Translations under genes and position numbers: made by a program
The notes under the pieces: generated by a model
What the model saw: only the letters and a program-made list of their open reading frames with translations
Database searches by the model: none
Told to the model about the DNA's origin: nothing
Part shown: positions 48,963-58,171 of the stretch, in pieces
Position numbering within the stretch: position 1 is the stretch's first letter
Layout of the letters: each line of letters opens with the position of its first letter
From: Candidatus Sericytochromatia bacterium
Lineage (GTDB): Bacteria; Cyanobacteriota; Sericytochromatia; S15B-MN24; UBA4093
Length of the DNA: 64,000 bases
Direction of reading: 5' to 3'
Assembly: GCA_036676985.1 (NCBI GenBank)
Contig: JAKFBU010000043.1
Location: forward strand, 38,668-102,667

Positions 48963-50090
48963 CTAGTCGAGACCGCCGAGCGCCCACTTCGAGAAGCGGA
49001 CCAGGCCGCTGCCGACACCTTCGACGCCGTGGAGGACACCGCGAGCGGCGGCCTTGGGGGCTTCGACGGCCTGCTTGCCGACCCAGACGGCGCCATCGAC
49101 CACCGCGTCACCGGCGGCGACGATGCCGCGGCCCGCGGCCCGGGCGCCGGCCTCGATCTGCTGGCCGGTCCACTCGACGCCCTTGCCGATGGCGACACCC
49201 GTGTCGACGGCGGCATCGAGCACCGCGTCGGCGCCCTTGGCGACCTGGCGGCCGGTCCAGACGACCCCGTCACCGATCGCCTCGCCGGCGGCCGAGATGG
49301 CACGCACGCCGGGCAGGGCGCGGATTTCGGCGTTGGCCTTGGCGGACTCCTCGTCGCTGATCTTGCGAGCGACTTCCTTCCACTTGCCCTGGGGATCCAT
49401 CGGGAGATCCCAGACGCGATCGAGGGCGGCCTTCTTGTGCTTGGCCTTGATGGCGGCGATCTCGCCCAGGAGGAGCGGGGGGAAGGCGATCTCGGCGGCG
49501 CCGTGCAGGCCGGTGAGGGTGTCGTCGACCGCGTTGTCGATGCGGCCCTTCACGTACTCGCCAACCGTGGGGTACTGGGGATCGGCCGGCTTCTGGGTGG
49601 TCGGCGGCGTCACGGGAGCCGGGGTGGGCTCGGCGGGCTTGGGCTCCGCGGGCTTCTGCTGGGTGGGCTCCGTCGGCTTGGGCTCGGCGGGCTTGGTCGG
49701 CTTGGGCTCGAAAGGATTGGCCGGCTTGGGCTCGGGCTTGGTGCCGACCGGAGCGGGCTTGGTCGGCTTGGGCTGCGGCTTGATCACGACGGGCTTGCCG
49801 GGCTTCTTGGCCGGGGGCAGGCGGAGCGTGGTGCCGGGGAAGATCAGGTCGGGGTCCTTGATCTTGTCCTTGTTGAGGGCGAAGATCTCGGGCCAGCGGG
49901 TGGCATCGCCGAGCGTCTTCTTCGCGATGCCCCAGAGGCTGTCGGCATTGCGGACGACGTAGGTGCCGCCGAGCTGCACGCTGTCACGGCTGCCGACGGT
50001 GCCGCGAGTGTTCATCTCGGGCGTCGCGCAGAACTCGAAGCGGCGCGGCTGGACCGGGGTCGTGGCCTGGTTGGCGAAGAAGTTGATCAT
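48963..50090 (-). CDS. LysM-domain protein with Pro/Lys linker and amphipathic repeats
   Basis: YVVRNADSLWGIAKKTLGDATRWPEIFALNKDKIKDPDLIFPGTTLRLP; PKPTKPAE repeats. Confidence 0.88.
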   Translation of the reverse strand: MINFFANQATTPVQPRRFEFCATPEMNTRGTVGSRDSVQLGGTYVVRNADSLWGIAKKTLGDATRWPEIFALNKDKIKDPDLIFPGTTLRLPPAKKPGKPVVIKPQPKPTKPAPVGTKPEPKPANPFEPKPTKPAEPKPTEPTQQKPAEPKPAEPTPAPVTPPTTQKPADPQYPTVGEYVKGRIDNAVDDTLTGLHGAAEIAFPPLLLGEIAAIKAKHKKAALDRVWDLPMDPQGKWKEVARKISDEESAKANAEIRALPGVRAISAAGEAIGDGVVWTGRQVAKGADAVLDAAVDTGVAIGKGVEWTGQQIEAGARAAGRGIVAAGDAVVDGAVWVGKQAVEAPKAAARGVLHGVEGVGSGLVRFSKWALGGLD

Positions 50091-50195
50091 GACGTTACCC
50101 TCCCGAGGTAAAAACTGTTTTTCCATCCCATCCACGGGTCTTATCGGGAGGATGCGACCGGATTCGGTAAAACCGCCGTTAACTTTGATTGAAAG

Positions 50196-50226
50196 TTAAG
50201 GCCGGCGCGAGCGCGCCGGCCTTAAC
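50196..50226 (-). terminator. Hairpin after the acyl-CoA dehydrogenase gene
   Basis: GTTAAGGCCGGCGCG-A-GCGCGCCGGCCTTAAC near-perfect palindrome. Confidence 0.65.
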
Positions 50227-50245
50227 TTAGGGGTGAAGGATCGCT

Positions 50246-51424
50246 CTACAGGCCGATCTGACGGCCGATGACGATCCGCTGGATCTGGCTGGTGCCCTCG
50301 CCGATCTCGCACAACTTGGCGTCGCGCATCATGCGCTCGACCGGGTAGTCGCGGGTGTAGCCGTAGCCGCCGAGGATCTGGACGGCATTGGCGGCCACGC
50401 GGCTCGCGACCTCGGAGGCGTAGAGCTTGGCCTGGGCGCCCGCGAGCGTGTGGGGCGCGCCGGCGTCCTTGAGGCGGGCGGCGTGGTAGATCATCAGGCG
50501 CGCCGCGTGGATCTCGGTGGCGGCGTTGGCGAGCATCTCGGTGACCATCTGGAACTTGCCGATGGTCTGGCCGAAGGCCTCGCGCTCCTTGGCGTAGGCG
50601 AGGGCGTTCTCGTAGGCGCCCTGCGCGATGCCCAGGGAGAGGGCCGCGATGGAGATCCGGCCGCCGTCGAGGGTCTTCATGGCCTGGACGAAGCCGGTGC
50701 CTTCGTCGCTGATGCGGTTGGCCACGGGGATCCGCACGTTCTGGAACGAGAGGGCCGTGGTGGGCGACCCACGCATGCCCATCTTCTTCTCATGCTTGTC
50801 GATCGAGAAGCCGGGGGCGTCGGTGGGGACGATGAAGCTCGAGATGCCCTTGTTGCCCTTGCTCTTGTCGGTCATGGCCATGACGATGACGTACTTGGCG
50901 TGGGTGGCGTTGGTGATGAAGTTCTTGGCGCCCTGGATCACGTAGTGGTCGCCGTCGAGGGTGGCCGTCGTCTGCTGGCGGGCCGAGTCGGAGCCGGCCT
51001 GCGGCTCGGTGAGTGCCCACGAGCCCATGAACTGGCCCGAGGTCACGAAGGGCAGCCACTGCTGCTTCTGCTCTTCGGTGCCGAAGTAGACCAGGGGCAT
51101 GGAGCCGAGCGAGATGTGCGCGGCGTAGGACAGGCCGGTCGAGCCGCAGACCTTGGCGATCTCCTCGACGGCGAGCACGTAGGTCAGGGTGTCGGCGCCG
51201 GCGCCGCCGTACTCGGCGGGCACGGGGATGCCCATGATGCCGAGGTCGGCCATCTTCTTGAAGGTCTCAACGGGGAAACGCTCGTTCTCGTCGATCTCCC
51301 GGGCGATCGGGGCGATCTCGCGCTGGGCGAACTCGCGCACCATCTCCTGGACCTGGAGCTGCTCTTCGGTGAGCCCGTAGATATTGGAAGCCGAGTATTG
51401 GCTCTTGGTCATCGTCGTGGCCAT
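50246..51424 (-). CDS. Acyl-CoA dehydrogenase
   Basis: [38 protein letters not shown]...[20 protein letters not shown]. Confidence 0.95.
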   Translation of the reverse strand: MATTMTKSQYSASNIYGLTEEQLQVQEMVREFAQREIAPIAREIDENERFPVETFKKMADLGIMGIPVPAEYGGAGADTLTYVLAVEEIAKVCGSTGLSYAAHISLGSMPLVYFGTEEQKQQWLPFVTSGQFMGSWALTEPQAGSDSARQQTTATLDGDHYVIQGAKNFITNATHAKYVIVMAMTDKSKGNKGISSFIVPTDAPGFSIDKHEKKMGMRGSPTTALSFQNVRIPVANRISDEGTGFVQAMKTLDGGRISIAALSLGIAQGAYENALAYAKEREAFGQTIGKFQMVTEMLANAATEIHAARLMIYHAARLKDAGAPHTLAGAQAKLYASEVASRVAANAVQILGGYGYTRDYPVERMMRDAKLCEIGEGTSQIQRIVIGRQIGL

Positions 51425-51533
51425 GGGGTTCCTCTCTGGGGTGGGCTGTGCGGGGCACGGTAATGCGCTCCACACCTGCATCGGCGCAAGCCACCATTAT
51501 AGGATCCGCCAAGGCGTTGATCAACCAAGCAGT

Positions 51534-51848
51534 TTACCTGGGCTTAACCCCGTCCCGGCCGCGGGGGCGCAGCCAGCCCGCGAGCTCCTGTCCCACCCAC
51601 ACGACGCCCACCAGCAGGTAGAGCGGATCGCTGAAGAAGGCGGGCTTGTTGCCCTCGATGCGGTGCCCGATGAACTGCAGGATCCAGCCGAGGACGAACA
51701 TGGCGAGGCCCACCGGCCACCGCCCCACCATCACGGGCAGGCTCAGGACGATGAGCGGGATCCCGACGACATGCGTCAGCTTGGTCCCGAGCTTGGTGTG
51801 CTCGGCCTGGTAGGAGGCCATGTACGCACGGAAGCGCTGAGTCTTCAT
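51534..51848 (-). CDS. DUF962/Mpo1-like membrane protein
   Basis: Y..EH...THVVGIP, GWILQFIGHRIEGNKPAF. Confidence 0.85.
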   Translation of the reverse strand: MKTQRFRAYMASYQAEHTKLGTKLTHVVGIPLIVLSLPVMVGRWPVGLAMFVLGWILQFIGHRIEGNKPAFFSDPLYLLVGVVWVGQELAGWLRPRGRDGVKPR

Positions 51849-52048
51849 GGCGCCATTATAGGTCCGGCGCCGGACCATGGTCTGGCGACGATTATACGGA
51901 AAAGTCACGGATTGCACGGGTCTTGGCCGGGCGATATACTTATGATCTAGTAAACGGGACGTTTCAGGGATAACCGAAGCTCCAAGGCGGAGCCGAAACC
52001 ATCCGCTCCCAATCGTTTCGACTTTTGGTCCGAAAGGATGGTTATTCA

Positions 52049-52225
52049 ATGTCGATTACCATGGCAGAAGTACAGCAGGCGGGCATCGCCCTGGCGCTCT
52101 CGTTGAGCATCGGCCTGGCGTGCCGGTTTTTCAACCTGCCCCTGCCCGCTCCCCCGACCTTCATCGGCGTTCTCATGATCGCGGGCCTCGCCCTGGGTTA
52201 CTTCCTGGGCGGCTTCTGGCGCTAG
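52049..52225 (+). CDS. XapX/DUF1427 family small membrane protein
   Basis: GLAC...LPLPAPPTFIG...GLALGY. Confidence 0.8.
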   Translation: MSITMAEVQQAGIALALSLSIGLACRFFNLPLPAPPTFIGVLMIAGLALGYFLGGFWR

Positions 52226-52280
52226 GCCACTACCTGCTCATTAGACGAAAGGCGAGCCGACCGGCTCGCCTTCATTCGTT

Positions 52281-53099
52281 TTAGAACTCGAGTGTCAACT
52301 GGACCTGCTGCCCGAGCCGGCGGAAGCCCGTCTTCTCGTAGAGCCTGAGCGCTGCCTCGTTGGTCTCGAGCACGAAGAGATCGATGGTCTCGGCTCCACG
52401 GGTGGCGAACCAGTTGAAGGAATCCTGCACGAGTGCCTTGGCGATGCCCTGGCGCTGGAAGCCGGGATGAACGGCCAGCCCTTCGAAGAGACCCTGCTGC
52501 TCGATCTGCCGGAAGTGGGTGTAGCCCCCGATCTGGCCCTCGATCTCCAGCACGCGCGTATCGACCGTTTTGAGCCAGTCCTCGTAGGCACGGCGGCTCA
52601 GCTGCCAGTCGGTCTCGGAGGTCTGGTGGTGGATCTCCAGCAGCGTGTCCAGATCCTCCGGGCGGTAGGGACGGATGCGCGCATCCACGGTCCCCGGCTG
52701 GGGAGCGTCGTAGCGGTACCAGGCCATCTCGTCGCCCAGGCGGAAGCCCAGCCGGCCGAGGACCTTGGCCTCCTCCATGTGTCCCGCCCACACCTCGACG
52801 ATCTTGACGCCCCGGATCTGCAGCCGGCGGCTGTAGTCCGCCCAGAGGCGCTGCATGCCGTCGTTGAAGCGCTCCGAGGTGTCGGCCGCATAATGGAAGT
52901 AGGCCTTGGGCTCGACCCCCACGTGCTGCGAGTGCAGCATCAGGCCGGGCTCATGCATCGTCAACTCCGGCAGCCTGGGAAGCTGATCGAGCAGGTGGTT
53001 GCGGAAGTTGGTGAAGCTGCGTCGGGCCGAATGGACGGGCCAGCCCTCGATCTGAGAGACCCAGTCGTCGGAGGTTTGCGGCGCGGAAACGTCAGGCAT
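52281..53099 (-). CDS. GNAT family N-acetyltransferase
   Basis: LAVHPGFQRQGIA; N.AALRLYEKTGF. Confidence 0.85.
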   Translation of the reverse strand: MPDVSAPQTSDDWVSQIEGWPVHSARRSFTNFRNHLLDQLPRLPELTMHEPGLMLHSQHVGVEPKAYFHYAADTSERFNDGMQRLWADYSRRLQIRGVKIVEVWAGHMEEAKVLGRLGFRLGDEMAWYRYDAPQPGTVDARIRPYRPEDLDTLLEIHHQTSETDWQLSRRAYEDWLKTVDTRVLEIEGQIGGYTHFRQIEQQGLFEGLAVHPGFQRQGIAKALVQDSFNWFATRGAETIDLFVLETNEAALRLYEKTGFRRLGQQVQLTLEF

Positions 53100-53306
53100 G
53101 AACAGTCCTCAAGGTCGGGGCCCAGTGTTTCATTCTACCCCAAATGCGCCTCAATGTTGCGCATGCGCCTGCCAGGCCCCACGATCTTCCCGGATCCGTT
53201 CCACTGGGCCTCGTATGCTATAGTGACGAGAGGCTCGGTTGCATTCTTGCCGGGCCTTTCCCGTCCCGAGGGACGTCGAGCCCTCGGTGCCGCGCAGGAG
53301 TTGCAC

Positions 53307-54671
53307 GTGCCCGATACGGACCTTTTTCTGAAGAGCCGCCGAGTCGTGACGCCGGACGGCGAGCGCCCGGCGACGCTGCACGTCAGAGACGGCCGGATCC
53401 ACGAGATCCTGGACCCTTTGGCCCTCTCCCCGGACGTCCCGGCCCACGACCTCGGCGACCTGGTCATCATGCCCGGCGTGGTGGACACGCACGTCCACGT
53501 CAACGAGCCCGGCCGCACCGAGTGGGAGGGGTTCGAGACGGCCACGCGCGCCGCGGCCATGGGCGGCATCACGACGCTCGTCGACATGCCCCTCAACAGC
53601 ATGCCCGTGACGACCACGCTCGCCGCCCTCGAGGTCAAGGAGGCGGCAGCCCGGGGCAAGGGTTGGATCGACTACGGCTTCTGGGGCGGCGTGGTCCCCG
53701 GCAACGCCGCCGAGCTCGAGCCGATGATCCGCGCGGGGGCCATGGGCTTCAAGGCCTTCCTGTGCCACTCGGGCATCGACGACTTCCCGGACGTCTCGGA
53801 TGCCGACCTGCGTCAGGTCATGCCCATCCTCGCCCGGCACGGCATCCCGCTCCTCGTGCATGCCGAGCTGCCCATCCACCCGGCCCCCGAGGACGGAGAC
53901 CCCCGTAGCTACGCCACGTTCCTCGCGTCGCGCCCGAGCAGCTGGGAGGTGGCGGCGGTCCGGCGGATGATCGAGTTGTGCCGCGAGTACCGCACCCCGG
54001 TGCACATCGTCCACCTCTCGGCGGCCGACGCCCTGCCGGATCTGGCGGCTGCCAAGCGGGAGGGCCTGCCCATCTCGGTCGAGACCTGCCCCCACTATCT
54101 CGTCTTTTCGGCCGAGGAGATCCCCGACGGTGCCACACACTTCAAGTGCGCTCCGCCGATCCGCGAGGCCTCCAACCGCGAGCTCCTCTGGCGGGGCCTG
54201 GAGGATGGGGTGATCGACTTCGTCGCGTGCGACCACTCCCCTTGCACCCCTGACCTCAAGCTGATGGACGAGGGGGACTTCATGCGGGCCTGGGGCGGCG
54301 TGTCGTCGTTGCAGTTCAGCTTGCCGGTGGTCTGGACCCACGCCCACGAGCGGGGGCTGCCCCTGGAGCGGGTTGTTGGTTGGCTATGCGGGCGCACGGC
54401 AGCCTTCGCGGGCCTCGCGGGCAAGAAGGGGGCGATCGCCCCCGGTCACGACGCGGACCTGGTCGTCTGGGATCCCCTGGCGCCGTTCGTCATCGAACCG
54501 GGGATGATCCAGCACCGGCACAAGGTGACGCCTTACGCGGGCCGGACGCTGCTGGGCACGATCGAGGCCACGTATCTCAGAGGTAGGAAGATCGTCGAGC
54601 GCGGGCAGTTCCTGGGCGGACCCCAGGGCGATCGCCTGGTTCGACACGTTGCGGCAAGGGAGTTGGCATGA
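53307..54671 (+). CDS. allB: Allantoinase
   Basis: DTHVHVNEPGRTEWEGF, DMPLNS, FKCAPPIR, DHSPC, AWGG. Confidence 0.95.
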   Translation: MPDTDLFLKSRRVVTPDGERPATLHVRDGRIHEILDPLALSPDVPAHDLGDLVIMPGVVDTHVHVNEPGRTEWEGFETATRAAAMGGITTLVDMPLNSMPVTTTLAALEVKEAAARGKGWIDYGFWGGVVPGNAAELEPMIRAGAMGFKAFLCHSGIDDFPDVSDADLRQVMPILARHGIPLLVHAELPIHPAPEDGDPRSYATFLASRPSSWEVAAVRRMIELCREYRTPVHIVHLSAADALPDLAAAKREGLPISVETCPHYLVFSAEEIPDGATHFKCAPPIREASNRELLWRGLEDGVIDFVACDHSPCTPDLKLMDEGDFMRAWGGVSSLQFSLPVVWTHAHERGLPLERVVGWLCGRTAAFAGLAGKKGAIAPGHDADLVVWDPLAPFVIEPGMIQHRHKVTPYAGRTLLGTIEATYLRGRKIVERGQFLGGPQGDRLVRHVAARELA

Positions 54672-55726
54672 TGGACTTCACGGATCTGATCGACCTGGCG
54701 TCGGAGCGCGTCGGCGGCGCGGCCCTGTTTGCGACCGACGAGTTCTTCGCGGAGAAGGAGAACCTCCTCAAGCCGGGCCGCGGCGTCTTCATCGCGGACA
54801 AGTACACCGAGAACGGCAAGTGGATGGACGGCTGGGAGAGCCGCCGCAAGCGTGGCCCCGGCCATGACTGGGTGATCATCAAGCTGGGCCTGCCGGGCAA
54901 GATCCGGGGCGTGGACGTGGACACCAACTTCTTCCTCGGCAACTATCCCGAGCATTGCTCGATCGAGGCCTGCAGCCTCCCGGGCGATCCCTCGCTGGAC
55001 GTATTGACGGGCGATCGCACCCAGTGGACCGAGCTCCTGCCCATCTCCCGGCTCGAGGGCGGCAGCCAGAACCTGTTCGAGATTCAGAGCGAGGAGCGCT
55101 GGACCCACGTGCGCCTGCACATCTACCCGGACGGCGGCGTGGCGCGCTTCCGCGTCCACGGTGAGGTGGTGCCGGACTGGGCCTCGATCCTCGGCAACGG
55201 CGAACTCATCGACCTCGCGGCTGTCCAGAACGGGGGCGTCTCGGTGCTCGCCAACGACATGTTCTTCAGCCACCGCAACAACCTCCTGATGCCCGGTCGC
55301 GCCGAGAACATGGGCGATGGCTGGGAGACCAAGCGTAAGCGCGGTCCTGGCAACGACTGGGTGATCATCCAGCTGGGCGCCCCCGGCTTCATCTCCATGG
55401 CCGAGGTGGACACCAACCACTTCAAGGGCAACTTCCCGGACAGCTGCTCGCTCGAGGGGGCCTACCTCGGTGATGTGCCCGCGGACTACCTCACGAGCCG
55501 CAGCATCGAGTGGACGGAGCTGTTGCCCCAGACGAAGCTGCAGGCGCACACGCGCCATTACTTCGAAAAGGAGCTGCACCCGGTGGGGCCGTTCACGCAC
55601 ATCCGCCTGAACATCTTCCCGGATGGCGGCATCAGCCGCCTGCGCCTGTTCGGCAGCGTGGCCGAGCGCGTAGGGTCGGGCCGCCCACAGTTCGAGAGCT
55701 TGCTGGAAGGGCAGGAGCGTCGATGA
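54668..55726 (+). CDS. alc: Allantoicase
   Basis: Duplicated DGWE.RR/K, DTN.F.GN.P, PDGG.AR motifs. Confidence 0.96.
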   Translation: MMDFTDLIDLASERVGGAALFATDEFFAEKENLLKPGRGVFIADKYTENGKWMDGWESRRKRGPGHDWVIIKLGLPGKIRGVDVDTNFFLGNYPEHCSIEACSLPGDPSLDVLTGDRTQWTELLPISRLEGGSQNLFEIQSEERWTHVRLHIYPDGGVARFRVHGEVVPDWASILGNGELIDLAAVQNGGVSVLANDMFFSHRNNLLMPGRAENMGDGWETKRKRGPGNDWVIIQLGAPGFISMAEVDTNHFKGNFPDSCSLEGAYLGDVPADYLTSRSIEWTELLPQTKLQAHTRHYFEKELHPVGPFTHIRLNIFPDGGISRLRLFGSVAERVGSGRPQFESLLEGQERR

Positions 55727-56232
55727 CGCTGGACGCCTTCAACCGCCTGGAGCCCCAGGCCGCCATCGACGAACTGATGCGCTGCTGCGGCTCCCTGCGC
55801 TGGGCGACCATCATGGCCTCGTCGCGGCCCTTCCGTTCGGAGCAGGACCTCTATGACGCGGCCGATCGGGTCTGGGAGTCCCTGACGAGCGAGGACTGGC
55901 TCGAGGCCTTCGGCCACCACCCCCGCATCGGGGATGTGGAGGGGCTGCGCAGCAAGTTCGCGACCACCCGCGCCTGGGCTTCCAACGAGCAGGCCGGCGC
56001 GGCCGTGGCCTCCGATGAGGTCCTGGAGGCCCTGGCGGCGGGCAACCGCGCCTACGAGGAGCGCTTCGGGTACATCTTCATCGTGTGTGCCACCGGGAAG
56101 GGCGCCGACGAGATGCTCGCGATCCTGCGCGATCGCCTGGACAACGACCCCAAGACCGAGCTGCCGGTGGCGGCTCGCGAGCAGAGCAAGATCACGCGAC
56201 TGAGACTGGAGAAGCTGCTGAGCCATGACTAG
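55723..56232 (+). CDS. uraD: OHCU decarboxylase
   Basis: HPRIG, EQAG, N..YEERFGYIFIVCA, EQ.KI..LRL. Confidence 0.95.
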   Translation: MTLDAFNRLEPQAAIDELMRCCGSLRWATIMASSRPFRSEQDLYDAADRVWESLTSEDWLEAFGHHPRIGDVEGLRSKFATTRAWASNEQAGAAVASDEVLEALAAGNRAYEERFGYIFIVCATGKGADEMLAILRDRLDNDPKTELPVAAREQSKITRLRLEKLLSHD

Positions 56233-56572
56233 CCCGATCACGACCCATGTCCTCGACACCATGCAGGGCAAGCCCGCGGTCGGCGTGCCCATCGCCCTGG
56301 AGCACCTCGACTCGTCCGGCAAGTGGGTCGAGCTCGCCCGGGGCACCACGGACTCGGATGGCCGCATCAAGAATCTGCTGCCCAACGGTCGACTCCTCGC
56401 CTCTGGAACCTACCGGATGAACTTCGAGACCGCGGCCTACTTCGAGGCGAGCGGGATCAAGGGCTTCTACCCGTCGGTGCCCGTGATCTTCGAGCTGCAG
56501 CAGCCCGGGGAGCACTACCACATCCCACTGCTCCTGAGCCCGTACGGGTATTCGACGTACCGGGGGAGCTAG
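56225..56572 (+). CDS. uraH: 5-hydroxyisourate hydrolase
   Basis: ITTHVLD, HYHIPLLLSPYGYSTYRGS. Confidence 0.97.
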   Translation: MTSPITTHVLDTMQGKPAVGVPIALEHLDSSGKWVELARGTTDSDGRIKNLLPNGRLLASGTYRMNFETAAYFEASGIKGFYPSVPVIFELQQPGEHYHIPLLLSPYGYSTYRGS

Positions 56573-56576
56573 CTCC

Positions 56577-57899
56577 TCAAGGAGCCACCTGGCCTGTCGC
56601 CACCAGGCGCTTGTAGAGGTCCATGTAATGTCGCTTGCGGCGGGTGTAGACCTGCTCGTTGTAGAGCTCGCCGAATAGGTACATCAGCCCCTCTTCCAGC
56701 TGCCGCACGGTCATTCCCTTTGGCCTGAAGGTCACATCGAAGAGCGTGCAGCGGTCCCAGTATTCATCCTGCAATAGGCGCCCCTCGGCCTTCAGGCGGT
56801 GGTAGAGGCGGGTATTGGGGAAGGGCGTGAGGACCGTGACCTGGCTCTCCAGCAGGTTCGAGTCCAGGATGAAGTCCCGCACCACCTCGAACGTGTCGGG
56901 CGTATCCCCGTCCAGACCCAGGATGAAGCACCCGTTGACCGTGATGCCCTTGGACTGGATGGTCTCGATGGCCTTGCGGTAGCCGTCGAGCCGCTTGCGT
57001 TTCCAGTTGGACCGGTCGATCCCGTCCAGGTTCTCGGGCGCCACGCTCTCGAGCCCGATGAGGATCTGCTGGCAGCCGCTCTGTGCCAGCAGCTCAAGCA
57101 TCTCCGGGTCGTCGGCGACCGAGATGTCCGTCTCGGTGAACCAGCGGATGTCGCGCTCGGCCATCTCGCGCAGGAAGCGCTTGGCCCACTCCTTGTTCAC
57201 GAAGGTGTTGTCGTCCGCGAGCTCGATGAACGGGTTCTTCCAGACCGCCTCGATGGCGTCGATCTCGCGCATGAGCTGCTCGACTGGTTTGATCCGGTAG
57301 CGTCCGTAGATCTTGGAGGCCGCGCAGAACTCGCAGTCCAGGGGACAGCCGCGCGAGGTCTGGACCGTCAGTCGGTTGTAACGATCGAGGTCGAGCAGGT
57401 CGTAGCGCGGTATGGGCGTGGTCGAGAGGTCGTACGACCCGGGCTTCGCCTCTCGGTAGTAGGGCTTTAGTTGCCCCTTGCGCGCATCCTCCAGGATGAG
57501 GGGCCATTGCGACTCGCCCTCGCCCACGCAGATGGCGTCCGCATGCCGCTTGGCCTCCTCGGGCATCAGGGTGGCATGCAGCCCGCCGATGACCACGGGG
57601 ATGCCCGCCGCCCGGTACTGGTCGGCGAGGTCGTAGCACTCGTAGGCCATGGCCGTGAACGTGGACAGCCCCACCAGATCGAAGTCCGTGCGCAGCCCAT
57701 GCTGCTGGAGGTCGGCCACCTCGAGGTACTCGACCTCCACCTCCGGCGGCGTGACGGCCGCCAGCGTGAGCATGGCGAGGCTGGGCAGGGACGCGATGAC
57801 CTTACCGCGCTGGACGAAGCCCGGCAGGCTCACGCCGAGGGCGGCGAGCTCCTCCGAACGTACCCGCACCCCGCTCATGGAGATGAGCCCGACGCGCAT
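56577..57899 (-). CDS. B12-binding-domain radical SAM protein
   Basis: VVIGGLHATL and VGEGE (B12 domain); QTSRGCPLDCEFC; DDN, GLES, FILGLDGD, TPFPNT. Confidence 0.92.
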   Translation of the reverse strand: MRVGLISMSGVRVRSEELAALGVSLPGFVQRGKVIASLPSLAMLTLAAVTPPEVEVEYLEVADLQQHGLRTDFDLVGLSTFTAMAYECYDLADQYRAAGIPVVIGGLHATLMPEEAKRHADAICVGEGESQWPLILEDARKGQLKPYYREAKPGSYDLSTTPIPRYDLLDLDRYNRLTVQTSRGCPLDCEFCAASKIYGRYRIKPVEQLMREIDAIEAVWKNPFIELADDNTFVNKEWAKRFLREMAERDIRWFTETDISVADDPEMLELLAQSGCQQILIGLESVAPENLDGIDRSNWKRKRLDGYRKAIETIQSKGITVNGCFILGLDGDTPDTFEVVRDFILDSNLLESQVTVLTPFPNTRLYHRLKAEGRLLQDEYWDRCTLFDVTFRPKGMTVRQLEEGLMYLFGELYNEQVYTRRKRHYMDLYKRLVATGQVAP

Positions 57900-57900
57900 G

Positions 57901-58161
57901 CTAGGCCTCCTTTACGACACCGTCCGAGCGGCGCGCCCCGTCGATGGCCTCGGCGATGCGCCGCAGCGTGTTGAGGTGCATCAGCTCGTGGTCCGGAATC
58001 GTGATGCCGTAGCGCTGCTCCAGGAGGGCGAGGAGCTTAAGGCCCTCCAGCGAGTCGATGCCGTAGTCCATGAACAGGTCGGCGTCGAGCTCGATGGCCT
58101 GCGGGTCGACCTTGGCACTCTTGGCGAGGACCGGGCGGATCTCGGCGAGCAGCGTGTCCAT
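57901..58161 (-). CDS. Acyl carrier protein (secondary)
   Basis: DYGIDSL phosphopantetheine motif; 86 aa, acidic. Confidence 0.88.
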   Translation of the reverse strand: MDTLLAEIRPVLAKSAKVDPQAIELDADLFMDYGIDSLEGLKLLALLEQRYGITIPDHELMHLNTLRRIAEAIDGARRSDGVVKEA

Positions 58162-58171
58162 GGGGCGCTCC

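Noticed and set aside
52467-53306. N-terminal extension of allantoinase (734-aa ORF)
   Set aside because: Overlaps the opposite-strand GNAT gene; AGGAG plus GTG at 53307 gives a normal-length AllB
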